From: Candidatus Wolfebacteria bacterium GW2011_GWE2_44_13
GTDB lineage: Bacteria; Patescibacteriota; Minisyncoccia; UBA6257; UBA9933
Direction of reading: 5' to 3'
Length of the DNA: 64,000 nucleotides
Assembly: GCA_001000675.1 (NCBI GenBank)
Contig: LCHW01000001.1
Location: 218,294 to 282,293 of the forward strand
The position numbers and the translations under genes were made by a program. Position 1 is the stretch's first letter. Each line of letters starts with the position of its first letter. The notes below the pieces were generated by a model. It was not told the origin of the DNA and made no database searches. It saw only the letters and a list, made by a program, of their open reading frames with translations. This document shows positions 55,431 through 64,000 of the stretch, piece by piece.

Positions 55431-57449
55431 ATGGCAAAAAAAGCAGAAAACATCGAAGAATTACCTCAAGAGGAGAAAGAAGTAAAGAAGGTCGCTACTA
55501 AAAAAGGAGACGATCCTATTGATAACCGTGGAAATGCTTCCTATAGCGCCAAGGATATTCAGGTACTCGAAGGTTTAGAGCCTGTGCGTAAGCGCCCAGG
55601 TATGTATATCGGTTCAACGGGGTCGCAAGGGTTGCACCATCTTATTTGGGAAGTGTTCGACAACTCGCTCGACGAGGCTATGGCAGGATATGCCAAGCAC
55701 ATTACGGTAGAGCTTGGAAAGGATGGGTCTGTTACGGTGTCCGATGATGGACGTGGTATCCCTGTCGACATTCATCCGAAGACGAAAAAGTCTGCGCTTG
55801 AAACAGCCGCAACAACCTTGCACGCAGGAGGAAAATTTGATGGCGATTCGTATAAGGTATCTGGTGGTTTGCACGGGGTAGGACTTTCGGTTGTAAACGC
55901 GCTTTCCACATGGATGAAGATAGAAGTGTGCAAAGATGGTTCGAAGTATATGCAGGAGTACCGAATCGGTAAGCCGTTAGCTGATGTTAAAAAAATTGGC
56001 AAAGCTGAGCGAGGAAACGGAACAAAGGTTACGTTCAAGCCAGATGATACTATTTTTTCTACTCTTGAATTTGAGCGAAAAGAAATTGTCGGGCACTTGC
56101 GCCAGCAGGCGTTTCTTACTAAGGGTATCCGCATTGAAATTATCGATAGTCGAGAAGATGTGCCTTTTTACTACTCGTTCTATTTTGAAGGAGGACTTGT
56201 TTCATTTGTACAATATGTGAATAGCAGTCATACCCCCGTACATAAAGAGGTTTTTTATGTACATCGCAGCTACGAAGATATCGATGTTGAAACGGCATTT
56301 ATTTATAACGACGATCCCGATGCGCGTGAATTGAGCTTTGCAAACAATATTTATACACCTGACGGTGGTATGCATGTTACCGGTTTTCGCACTGCTTTGA
56401 CTCGTGTATTAAATGACTTTGCTCGAAGCAACAATGCAATAAAAGGATCAGATGAAAACCTAACAGGTGACGATGTGCGCGAGGGCATCACCGCAATTAT
56501 TTCTGTAAAATTGCGCGACCCACAATTTGAAGGACAGACAAAAGCTCGCCTTGGAACGCCTGCAGCACGCGGCGCAGTTGAATCTGTTGTATCGGAAGGT
56601 CTTAAAGAATATTTTGAAAAATATTCAAACGATGCAAAGGCAATCATTGAAAAATGTATGCTTGCGCAGAAAGCTCGTAAAGCTGCAAAGGCTGCAAAAG
56701 AAACCGTATTGCGTAAGGGAATGCTCGAGGGCATGACCTTGCCAGGAAAGCTTTCAGATTGCTCGAGCCGCAAAGCCGCTGACTCGGAACTCTATATTGT
56801 TGAGGGAGATTCCGCAGGAGGAAGTGCAAAGCAGGGAAGAGATCGCCGCTTTCAAGCCATTCTTCCTTTGAAGGGAAAGATTTTAAACGTTGAACGAGCC
56901 CGTTTGGATAAGATGCTTGTTAACAATGAAATCAAGTCATTGGTTATTGCATTGGGCACTGCTATTTCGGATAGCTTTGATATCGAGAAGTTGCGCTACC
57001 ATAAGGTTATCCTTATGACCGACGCCGATGTTGACGGTGCGCACATCAGAACATTGTTGCTAACATTGTTTTATCGATATTTCCGACAAATTATTGAAGG
57101 AGGATTTTTGTATATTGCACAACCACCATTGTTCCGATTACAGATTGGAAAGGATGTTCGCTACGTGTATACTCCTGAGCAGAAAGATACCGCAATCGCA
57201 GAAATGACTGCAGGGAAAAAAGGTGAAGCGAATGTTAATGTGCAGCGCTATAAGGGTCTTGGAGAAATGAACCCTGACCAGCTGTGGGAAACGACCATGA
57301 ACCCTGAATTTCGAACTCTATTGCAAGTCGCTATCGATGATGCACAAGAGGCAGATCGATTGTTTGAAATCTTAATGAGTGACGAGGTTGCCCCGAGAAA
57401 ACAATTCATCCAGTCAAAAGCTACTCTTGTAAAAAATCTCGACATCTAA
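55431..57449 (+). CDS. gyrB: DNA gyrase subunit B
   Basis: EGLEPVRKRPGMYIG, LHAGGKF, VEGDSAGG, PLKGKILN, MTDADVDG, RYKGLGEMN. Confidence 0.95.
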   Translation: MAKKAENIEELPQEEKEVKKVATKKGDDPIDNRGNASYSAKDIQVLEGLEPVRKRPGMYIGSTGSQGLHHLIWEVFDNSLDEAMAGYAKHITVELGKDGSVTVSDDGRGIPVDIHPKTKKSALETAATTLHAGGKFDGDSYKVSGGLHGVGLSVVNALSTWMKIEVCKDGSKYMQEYRIGKPLADVKKIGKAERGNGTKVTFKPDDTIFSTLEFERKEIVGHLRQQAFLTKGIRIEIIDSREDVPFYYSFYFEGGLVSFVQYVNSSHTPVHKEVFYVHRSYEDIDVETAFIYNDDPDARELSFANNIYTPDGGMHVTGFRTALTRVLNDFARSNNAIKGSDENLTGDDVREGITAIISVKLRDPQFEGQTKARLGTPAARGAVESVVSEGLKEYFEKYSNDAKAIIEKCMLAQKARKAAKAAKETVLRKGMLEGMTLPGKLSDCSSRKAADSELYIVEGDSAGGSAKQGRDRRFQAILPLKGKILNVERARLDKMLVNNEIKSLVIALGTAISDSFDIEKLRYHKVILMTDADVDGAHIRTLLLTLFYRYFRQIIEGGFLYIAQPPLFRLQIGKDVRYVYTPEQKDTAIAEMTAGKKGEANVNVQRYKGLGEMNPDQLWETTMNPEFRTLLQVAIDDAQEADRLFEILMSDEVAPRKQFIQSKATLVKNLDI

Positions 57450-57450
57450 T

Positions 57451-57576
57451 TAAGAATGCATTTTGTCAACAAATCGTTGCGTTGCGGGTCCCCAGTGCTT
57501 CGGTTGCCGTATTGATAATACGTCGCCCTTGCACTGTTCCCGCGCCTTATGCTTTATTCGACAAAATGTATTCTCA
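57451..57576. repeat. ~126-bp ERIC-like palindromic element (diverged)
   Basis: TIR agaatgcattttgtc/gacaaaatgtattct; inner cgttg(c/t)ggg...ccc(g/a)cgcctt frame as in 27.1/33.4 kb copies. Confidence 0.7.
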
Positions 57577-57671
57577 CCGCATTGCTGGCTAATGTGTGCT
57601 AACCATATAAAACCTTGCATTTTACTGGGGTTTAGTGTATGGTAATTACTGTCTAACATATTATATATATT

Positions 57672-57857
57672 ATGGTTTCACGTCTTACTTCCTATTTCAG
57701 AGAATCACAACTCGAACTCAAGCGGGTTAATTGGCCTACTCGACAAGAAACGGTGCGGTTAACGAGCATGGTTATTGGACTTTCGCTTATATTTGCCGTA
57801 TTTTTGGGCATTTTGGATATGGTATTTAACTATATTCTTGTTCAATACTTCATCTAA
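57672..57857 (+). CDS. secE: preprotein translocase SecE
   Basis: ELKRVNWPTR + single TM, upstream of nusG. Confidence 0.95.
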   Translation: MVSRLTSYFRESQLELKRVNWPTRQETVRLTSMVIGLSLIFAVFLGILDMVFNYILVQYFI

Positions 57858-57912
57858 AAAGTCGCTCATCGCATTCGCTCGCTTCATTGCAAGCGCGTAA
57901 TTTCTATCAATT

Positions 57913-58506
57913 ATGACTGAAACATCATCACATCAAACTCCAGAAAAAAAGGCTGAAAAGAAGGAGCTTTCTCAGAAGGGGGAGCGACACTGGTACGCGG
58001 TACACACCTATTCGGGTTATGAGGATGCCGTTGCGCGTTACTTGAAACAGCGTGTTGATTCCTTGGAAATGGACGATAAGATATTCAACGTCGTCGTTCC
58101 AAAGGAAAAAAGCATTAAGATAAAAAACGGAAAGCGAAAGGAGTCTGAAGAAAAAATATATCCTGGTTATGTACTTGTTGATATGGTCATGAGTGAAGAC
58201 TCATGGTATGTTGTCCGCAATACACCACGCGTTACCGGTTTCGTTGGATCTGATTCTACTGAGCCAACACCATTGTCAAAAGAAGAAGTAGATTTCCTCA
58301 TTGCTCGCATGGAGGGCGGTGAAAAGAAAATTAAATTGGATTATGTGGTAGGAGAATCGGTAAAGATTTCAGATGGTCCATTTAAAGATTACGAAGGAAA
58401 GATAAGTGAAATTGATCAAGAACACGCAAAAATAAAGGTGCTTGTACCGATCTTCGGACGAGAAACTGCTGTCGAGCTTGATTCCTTGCAGTTGCAAAAA
58501 ATATAA
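57913..58506 (+). CDS. nusG: transcription elongation factor NusG
   Basis: WYAVHTYSGYE, YPGYVLV, VRNTPRVTGFVG, KOW DGPF, FGRET.VEL. Confidence 0.97.
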   Translation: MTETSSHQTPEKKAEKKELSQKGERHWYAVHTYSGYEDAVARYLKQRVDSLEMDDKIFNVVVPKEKSIKIKNGKRKESEEKIYPGYVLVDMVMSEDSWYVVRNTPRVTGFVGSDSTEPTPLSKEEVDFLIARMEGGEKKIKLDYVVGESVKISDGPFKDYEGKISEIDQEHAKIKVLVPIFGRETAVELDSLQLQKI

Positions 58507-58527
58507 ACATCAGTACAATACACGAAT

Positions 58528-58953
58528 ATGGCAAAAGCAATCAAAACAATAGTAAAGCTCCAGATCCCTGGTGGCGCAGCAAACCCTGCTCCTCCGATTG
58601 GTCCGGCACTTGGTCAGCACGGCGTAAACATTGCGCAGTTCTGTCAGCAATTCAACGAGGCAACTAAGGATATGGTAGGCACTATCATTCCTGCAGAAAT
58701 CAGCATCTATGAAGATCGAACCTTCGACTTCAAGTTGAAGACTCCTCCTGCATCTGACTTGTTGCGTAAAGCAGCAGGCGTTACAAAAGGATCTGCAAAC
58801 CCGTTGAAAATCAAAGTAGGAACTGTTACCGAGGCACAGGTACGCGAGATCGCGCAGCGTAAGATGGAAGATCTTAACACCGAGAATGTTGAACAGGCCG
58901 CTAAGATTATCAAAGGTGCAGCCCGATCAATGGGAATCGAGATTAAAGAATAA
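58528..58953 (+). CDS. rplK: 50S ribosomal protein L11
   Basis: [35 protein letters not shown]. Confidence 0.98.
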   Translation: MAKAIKTIVKLQIPGGAANPAPPIGPALGQHGVNIAQFCQQFNEATKDMVGTIIPAEISIYEDRTFDFKLKTPPASDLLRKAAGVTKGSANPLKIKVGTVTEAQVREIAQRKMEDLNTENVEQAAKIIKGAARSMGIEIKE

Positions 58954-58963
58954 GGAAGCTATG

Positions 58964-58990
58964 AAAAAGAGGCGGAAACGCCTCTTTTTT
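58964..58990 (+). terminator. Rho-independent terminator directly after rplK
   Basis: aaaaagaggcg-gaaa-cgcctctttttt. Confidence 0.85.
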
Positions 58991-59007
58991 GCTATACTAA
59001 ATTTATT

Positions 59008-59739
59008 ATGGATATCAAGAAGAAAACAGTTTTTATTACTGGTGCCGCATCGGGTATCGGACTGGAGACTGCTAAAAAATTTATACAAGAAGGCGCAAAC
59101 GTAACCATCTATTCTCGGGGAACCAATAAAATTCCCGAAGATGCATTCCCGGCTGATCGCGTATTAATTTGCGAAGGAGATGTGTGTGACCGAGATGCTG
59201 TGGGACGATCGGTAAATGCAACAATGAAAAAGTTTGGCTCGCTCGATGTTCTTATTAATAATGCGGGCGTTGCACAGAGAAAGCGATTTGAAGATATGCT
59301 CGAAGAGGAATGGAACAAGATGCTCAATGTGAATTTGTGTGGAATGTTCATCGTTACGCAGGAAGCACTTAAGGCTATGGTTACAGGAGCTCCAGAGCGC
59401 CACCATGATGGGTGTATTGTTAACCATAAATGCATCATTAATATTTCATCGGGAGCTGGGCTGTTCGGCATCCCCGAACTTTCGATTTATTCAGCAACAA
59501 AAGGTGCTATCATCGCCTTCACGCAGGCGTTGTCAGGCGAGTTGGTCCAGTCGGGGATTGAGGTTATTGCCGTTACCCCAGGGTCTGTCGGGACTGACAT
59601 GTTCAAGGACTTGTTTAAGGGAAAGGAAGCCCACCACACCCCCGCAGATGTCGCTGAGGTGCTCTACAAGACGGCCATTGGGGAAATGAAGCCCGATAGT
59701 CGCCTAATCGTCGACACGTTCTATCACGAGCGGGTTTGA
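59008..59739 (+). CDS. short-chain dehydrogenase/reductase
   Basis: TGAASGIG, NNAG, NISS, YSATK. Confidence 0.9.
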   Translation: MDIKKKTVFITGAASGIGLETAKKFIQEGANVTIYSRGTNKIPEDAFPADRVLICEGDVCDRDAVGRSVNATMKKFGSLDVLINNAGVAQRKRFEDMLEEEWNKMLNVNLCGMFIVTQEALKAMVTGAPERHHDGCIVNHKCIINISSGAGLFGIPELSIYSATKGAIIAFTQALSGELVQSGIEVIAVTPGSVGTDMFKDLFKGKEAHHTPADVAEVLYKTAIGEMKPDSRLIVDTFYHERV

Positions 59740-59740
59740 A
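59697..59740 (+). repeat. 44-bp direct repeat, copy 1
   Basis: tagtcgcctaatcgtcgacacgttctatcacgagcgggtttgaa. Confidence 0.95.
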
Positions 59741-59750
59741 AAGGAACAAT

Positions 59751-60230
59751 ATGAAAAACGAAATTGAACGAAAATTTTTTGTTAAGGAAATGACAGATCT
59801 TTCCGGCGCGCAGCCCCTTCATTATGAGCGTTATTTTCTGGATCGTGGGAATGGAAAAGAAGTTAGAATTTCTAAAATAAACGATTCATATATTTATGAA
59901 GAAAAATCTGAGTTATCCGAGTTAGAACGAACCCGCGATAAAAAAGAAATAACAAAAGAAGAATTTTATAAATTGAAGGAAAATGCTTCTGAGGGTCTTA
60001 TCCGTGACCGCTATAGCTTTTCTTCGAACCCCGATATTGTTATTCAGGTGTATCATGGGCGGTTTGAAGGGCTAGTTTGCGCTGAAGTTGAATTTGATTC
60101 TGCGGAAGCTGCAAACGCATTTTCTCCGTTGTCTTGGATGGGTAGAGAAATGACTGGGTTGCCAATTGCACGTGATGCTCGACTTATTGAGTTGAGTAGC
60201 GAAGAATTTAAAAAATATTTAGTCGCCTAA
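59751..60230 (+). CDS. CYTH-domain protein
   Basis: EIERKF, AEVEF, W.G.E.T motifs. Confidence 0.85.
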   Translation: MKNEIERKFFVKEMTDLSGAQPLHYERYFLDRGNGKEVRISKINDSYIYEEKSELSELERTRDKKEITKEEFYKLKENASEGLIRDRYSFSSNPDIVIQVYHGRFEGLVCAEVEFDSAEAANAFSPLSWMGREMTGLPIARDARLIELSSEEFKKYLVA

Positions 60231-60263
60231 TCGTCGACACGTTCTATCACGAGCGGGTTTGAA
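60220..60263 (+). repeat. 44-bp direct repeat, copy 2
   Basis: identical to 59697-59740. Confidence 0.95.
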
Positions 60264-60265
60264 GT

Positions 60266-60727
60266 ATGAATAAAACTGCGTTTGTAAAAATATCGGGGGA
60301 TTTGATTTCTCGTGAAGATGTTCTCGATTGGATTCGTGTTCTTACGCAGGATTATTTTGTGGTTGTTTGTTCTGGTGGCGGTACGCAAATTAACAAAGCA
60401 TTTGAAGAACGAGGAATCCCCGTGGTATTCGGTCCACTTGGCAGGGAGATTGAACGGTTTGAGGATCGTCAGTTTGCGCGCGAAATTTTGGAAAAGAATC
60501 AGGCGGAAATTCAAGATCTATTACAGGCAAAACAGATACAAGCGACTGTTGTAATTCCCGTACTCGATATTGGTTCTGTACTATGCCATATAAACGGGGA
60601 TGTCTATGTATTGGCGGCATATCTTGGATTTGATGCATTGTACGTACTCACCTTGGAAGATCGAGTTGCGAAAAAGACAGAGGAATTTAAAATGTATCCG
60701 AAGGTAACGGTAGTGGGGTTTGACTAA
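60266..60727 (+). CDS. short amino-acid-kinase-fold protein
   Basis: FVKISG, VVV..GGGTQIN, INGD motifs; only 153 aa. Confidence 0.6.
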   Translation: MNKTAFVKISGDLISREDVLDWIRVLTQDYFVVVCSGGGTQINKAFEERGIPVVFGPLGREIERFEDRQFAREILEKNQAEIQDLLQAKQIQATVVIPVLDIGSVLCHINGDVYVLAAYLGFDALYVLTLEDRVAKKTEEFKMYPKVTVVGFD

Positions 60728-60793
60728 TAGATAATTACTGTGCCATAGTGTCGGCAGCTGCTTATTTAAAATCCCTAAAAGAAGGAGGTCGGT

Positions 60794-61216
60794 ATGCACG
60801 TTTTTGCACATCCGTTGACCCAGTGCCTTGTGTGCGCTGTGGGGTTTGGGATCTGGCCGATATTGCGGCAGTATTATGGGCTGCCTGTTGGCTTGGCGAT
60901 GAGTATCATGAGTGTGGTGCAGTTTTTTGTAGTACTCGGGTTCTCTAATTTTTCTCCAGCTCCGTTGGTGCAGGGCACTGTTCTGTTTGTGCTGTTCGGA
61001 GCTATTCCGAGCGGAGTTGCCATCTTTTGCTACGGGCTATTGCTTGACCAGGGAAAGGGTGTTGTCACGACATGGCTTCCTGTAATGGCGGTAATGGTCC
61101 CCATTGTTATGGTAATTGGCGGCGTGCTGTTGCTCGGCGAAACGATGACCATGCAAAAAATAATAGGAGTTGGTGTCGCGTGCTACAGCATTTACTTGTT
61201 GAGTACCTCCCCGTAA
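60794..61216 (+). CDS. EamA/DMT-like small membrane protein (stand-alone)
   Basis: 5 TM, LLGE..T..KIIG; AAGGAGGT SD. Confidence 0.7.
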   Translation: MHVFAHPLTQCLVCAVGFGIWPILRQYYGLPVGLAMSIMSVVQFFVVLGFSNFSPAPLVQGTVLFVLFGAIPSGVAIFCYGLLLDQGKGVVTTWLPVMAVMVPIVMVIGGVLLLGETMTMQKIIGVGVACYSIYLLSTSP

Positions 61217-61224
61217 TCATTCGG

Positions 61225-61264
61225 AAAATAAAAACGCCTCGACTTCGGTCGAGGCGTTATTTTT
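61225..61264. terminator. bidirectional terminator
   Basis: aacgcctcgac-ttcg-gtcgaggcgtt with A/T flanks. Confidence 0.8.
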
Positions 61265-61269
61265 ACACA

Positions 61270-61989
61270 TTACGCATCAGTTTTTCGAATGGTGATATCG
61301 GAGAATCCTTCGCTTTGCTCTACATGAATATGTTGATCGCGGAGTAGATGCAAGAGTGCAAGAAAGAGAACAACAACTTCTTTCTTTGATTTTTCACTAA
61401 TAAGATGTCCAAAACTTTTTATTCCGCTGGTTACTTTTGTTAAAATTTCTTCGATCTTCTCCTCGAGTTTTATGATTGTGTTCTCTACCTTTTTAAATTC
61501 CAGTACTGCTTGCTTGAGGGTTTCAAACACAGTCGCCATTGCTCCTTGCATTGCAGTAGGCGTAACTTCTGGAGACGGATAGAAAATAGTAGGACGACCA
61601 AGGAGTAGTGGGCGAGCAATACACGTCTGGTCTCGCTCATAGAGCTCTTTGATGTGTACCATAGCGGGCTTAAATTGATGGTAGAACTTGAGCCGATGTT
61701 CGAGATCTTTAATATCCTCCTCTTCCTCTGTGGATAATTCGAGTGATGGAAGCAACGCCTTTGATTTAATGAGAAGGAGGCGAGAGGCGATTGCTACGAA
61801 GTCCGAAAGAAAGCGAATCTCTGCTTCGTTGCGCTCTTTTCCAGCACTGTTCATTTCTTGCACAAATTTCAAAAAATCATCAGTTACTAGTGCGAGACTG
61901 ACTTGTGTGATTTCTAATTTACGCGCCTCGATCATTTCAAGAAGCGTTTCAATGGGGCCGGTAAATTGTGCATTTTTTATTTGATACAT
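61270..61989 (-). CDS. scpA: SMC-Scp complex subunit ScpA
   Basis: FTGP...LL.MI, LL.IKSK.LLP, V..FLALLHL, Q...F.DI. Confidence 0.9.
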   Translation of the reverse strand: MYQIKNAQFTGPIETLLEMIEARKLEITQVSLALVTDDFLKFVQEMNSAGKERNEAEIRFLSDFVAIASRLLLIKSKALLPSLELSTEEEEDIKDLEHRLKFYHQFKPAMVHIKELYERDQTCIARPLLLGRPTIFYPSPEVTPTAMQGAMATVFETLKQAVLEFKKVENTIIKLEEKIEEILTKVTSGIKSFGHLISEKSKKEVVVLFLALLHLLRDQHIHVEQSEGFSDITIRKTDA

Positions 61990-62022
61990 TGCAATAGAAA
62001 AACATGAGACCACTAACAGCTA

Positions 62023-63282
62023 TTATAACTCTTTTTTATCGAATAGTGTTGTTAGGGGATCAACGTAGCCGTATTCGCCAGGGTGCCCCGGTACGTATCC
62101 ATAGCACGCATGCGGTTCGCCGGTTGTTTTAAGTGTGCACGCAGTATCGCCTTCTGGATTTTCTAGTACTGGCTTTGTCTTTAATTCAAAGTGAAGATGG
62201 ATGTCATCTGGATTTTGGCTTGCACATCCGTCGGTACCAACTTTCCAATTATTCTGACAGCCGTAGGCGCTGTTGCCAACCGTACCAAGGGCAGACCCTT
62301 TTTCTATTTGTGCGCCTTCTGTCGCGGTCGTCGCAATGGATGCAAGATGTGCGTATACGCCATACAATGTTTTCCCTTCGATTATGTGCTCAACAATAAC
62401 TGTTGCGCCCATGCCATGGTCTGCCCCATCATTTTGTTGTACTTTTACTACTATCCCGTCGGTGATGGCGTATGCATTGAGGTCGATTGCATCTCTATTG
62501 GCAGAAAAATCGACACCGGTGTGTTCGTCGTAATCGAGCATGAGTTTGTCGAGATTACCAGAATAATTCCACGCACTACGTAGCGGACTATTAAAACGTT
62601 GGCGAATCCAAAATTGATCCAAGGCGACGGGTGATTGGAGACCCTCTTTCTCGCTTAATCCATGCGTTGTCTTGTAGATAATTAATTGATCGCCGCGTTT
62701 GAGAAATTCGAATAAGCGTTTTGCAACTTCAGTTTCAAACCGTAGACACCCGCCACTGAATTTTGAGGTTACTTTGGTGCCGTCATCATAAAAAGGGATT
62801 TCATGCATAAAGAAATCCTCCGTAATTTGAATTGCGTACGGCATATTTACAGGGAACAGGGAAGAGCGATGTTTTTCTCTCATAACCCCTACACGAAAAT
62901 ATCCTGTTGGCGTTTGAAACCATACTCCTTCTGGCGATTGATAGGCGACCGGTAGAATTTCTACAATCTTGCCGTTTTCGAAAAGAATCGCTTTTTGTGT
63001 GGTTAGATCGATTTGCAATCCTTTTTGTTCGGTCAATTTAGGCGCTTCAAAACAATATTGCTTGTCAGCCTCATTTTTGAATACAAGCGTTTCCGCACAA
63101 ACATTGGGACGTGTATCTGACGGCACCATGAACGGTAGTTGTTTTGAAAGCTCGGCCACTTGTGAGTGCGCGGGGAGTTGCGTAGGAGGTTCGGGGTAAA
63201 CCGCTTTGCCAATATTCCATCCACCCCAAAAAAGGAGCGGAGAAGCGACAAGGATTCCGGCGGTTGTTTTGAGGGGTTGCAT
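62023..63282 (-). CDS. L,D-transpeptidase (YkuD) + M23 peptidase fusion
   Basis: IDL..Q, TP.G.F, HE.P...SGGCLR then HTGVD, Y.HL, HLHFE. Confidence 0.8.
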   Translation of the reverse strand: MQPLKTTAGILVASPLLFWGGWNIGKAVYPEPPTQLPAHSQVAELSKQLPFMVPSDTRPNVCAETLVFKNEADKQYCFEAPKLTEQKGLQIDLTTQKAILFENGKIVEILPVAYQSPEGVWFQTPTGYFRVGVMREKHRSSLFPVNMPYAIQITEDFFMHEIPFYDDGTKVTSKFSGGCLRFETEVAKRLFEFLKRGDQLIIYKTTHGLSEKEGLQSPVALDQFWIRQRFNSPLRSAWNYSGNLDKLMLDYDEHTGVDFSANRDAIDLNAYAITDGIVVKVQQNDGADHGMGATVIVEHIIEGKTLYGVYAHLASIATTATEGAQIEKGSALGTVGNSAYGCQNNWKVGTDGCASQNPDDIHLHFELKTKPVLENPEGDTACTLKTTGEPHACYGYVPGHPGEYGYVDPLTTLFDKKEL

Positions 63283-63296
63283 CAGTGTAATTGTTC

Positions 63297-63998
63297 TTAT
63301 TTCTCTATTTGAATTGAATGAATATATTTCTCGTTCGTGAAATATATCGAACTATTTTCTGCGATGTATCGATAATCGGTGAACCCTGTAAGTACGTTGA
63401 ATACGTTAAGCGGTTTCCGATCATCTAATTCCGTTAAGAACAGTTCATTTGGATATTCTACAAACAGGTGGTAGGAATCCGCATACCATTGTATTGAGTG
63501 AATCAATTCTTTTTGCGCAAGTGTAATTGAGATACTGTCGCCCTCTTTTTTGCGAATATCCCCATTAAACTCTTCGATGAATTGAATTGTTATCGTGCCG
63601 TTTTGTTGCACTATTGCGAGCTTCTTTCCATCGGGAGAGAAGGTGAATGATTTTACGCCTTCGGCGATGCGGGTGAGCACCTCTGTTTTTGGGGTAAAGA
63701 GAAACAACCCATTTTTAACATCGGTAAATGCAATTGCGCCTCCACTGCCCGTTGTTCCGATTGCGGTTATGTACGTTGTGGTCGCGATTTGTTTGTTTAA
63801 TCCGTCGAGCGCAGTTTGTGTTTTAAATATAAGATTAAGAGAAGAAACTTCTTGGCGATGTTCCTTGGTTGTTTGCACGCTGATAATCGTCGAGTCTTTC
63901 ATTCCCCATGTTACGACTGATCCTTTTGCTAATGATTCGATACTCTTCTTTTCTGAATCAAAGAGTTTAAAGCCCGCGCTGTCTTCGATAATAAATTG
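63297..63998 (-). CDS. beta-propeller-like hypothetical protein, C-terminal part (runs off window)
   Basis: FSPDGKKLA and W..DS.HL repeats; frame open to window end. Confidence 0.6.
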   Translation of the reverse strand, partial: QFIIEDSAGFKLFDSEKKSIESLAKGSVVTWGMKDSTIISVQTTKEHRQEVSSLNLIFKTQTALDGLNKQIATTTYITAIGTTGSGGAIAFTDVKNGLFLFTPKTEVLTRIAEGVKSFTFSPDGKKLAIVQQNGTITIQFIEEFNGDIRKKEGDSISITLAQKELIHSIQWYADSYHLFVEYPNELFLTELDDRKPLNVFNVLTGFTDYRYIAENSSIYFTNEKYIHSIQIEK

Positions 63999-64000
63999 CG

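Overview
A 64-kb stretch of a small-genome bacterium. It is most likely Patescibacteria/CPR (Parcubacteria-like), inferred from the SD-less core genes, a type IV pilus/ComF locus next to a VirD4/HerA-like ATPase, AAWWNP-type secreted proteins and rplK without rplA. Housekeeping content includes atpC, fmt/def, leuS, htrA, scpA/scpB, mraY, gyrB, secE-nusG-rplK, a full pil cluster, a MacAB-like ABC exporter, tRNA-Gln(CTG) and tRNA-Gly(CCC). No integrase, transposase, reverse transcriptase or CRISPR array is visible. The most unusual signals are: (1) a ~290-bp structured element attached to tRNA-Gly whose ends are direct and inverted copies of the tRNA 3' end, and whose covarying multi-stem core recurs 34 kb away upstream of a GreA-like gene; (2) a LexA DNA-binding domain fused to a degenerate GIY-YIG domain, with two GAAC-N7-GAAC boxes upstream; (3) an ASCH domain inserted in LeuRS; (4) four stand-alone genes with a consensus promoter, strong Shine-Dalgarno and terminator in an otherwise SD-less genome; (5) several families of short palindromic/ERIC-like repeats, one inserted in-frame in the pilin leader; and (6) a CYTH gene flanked by a perfect 44-bp direct repeat. 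All calls come from reading motifs by eye; no database search was run.
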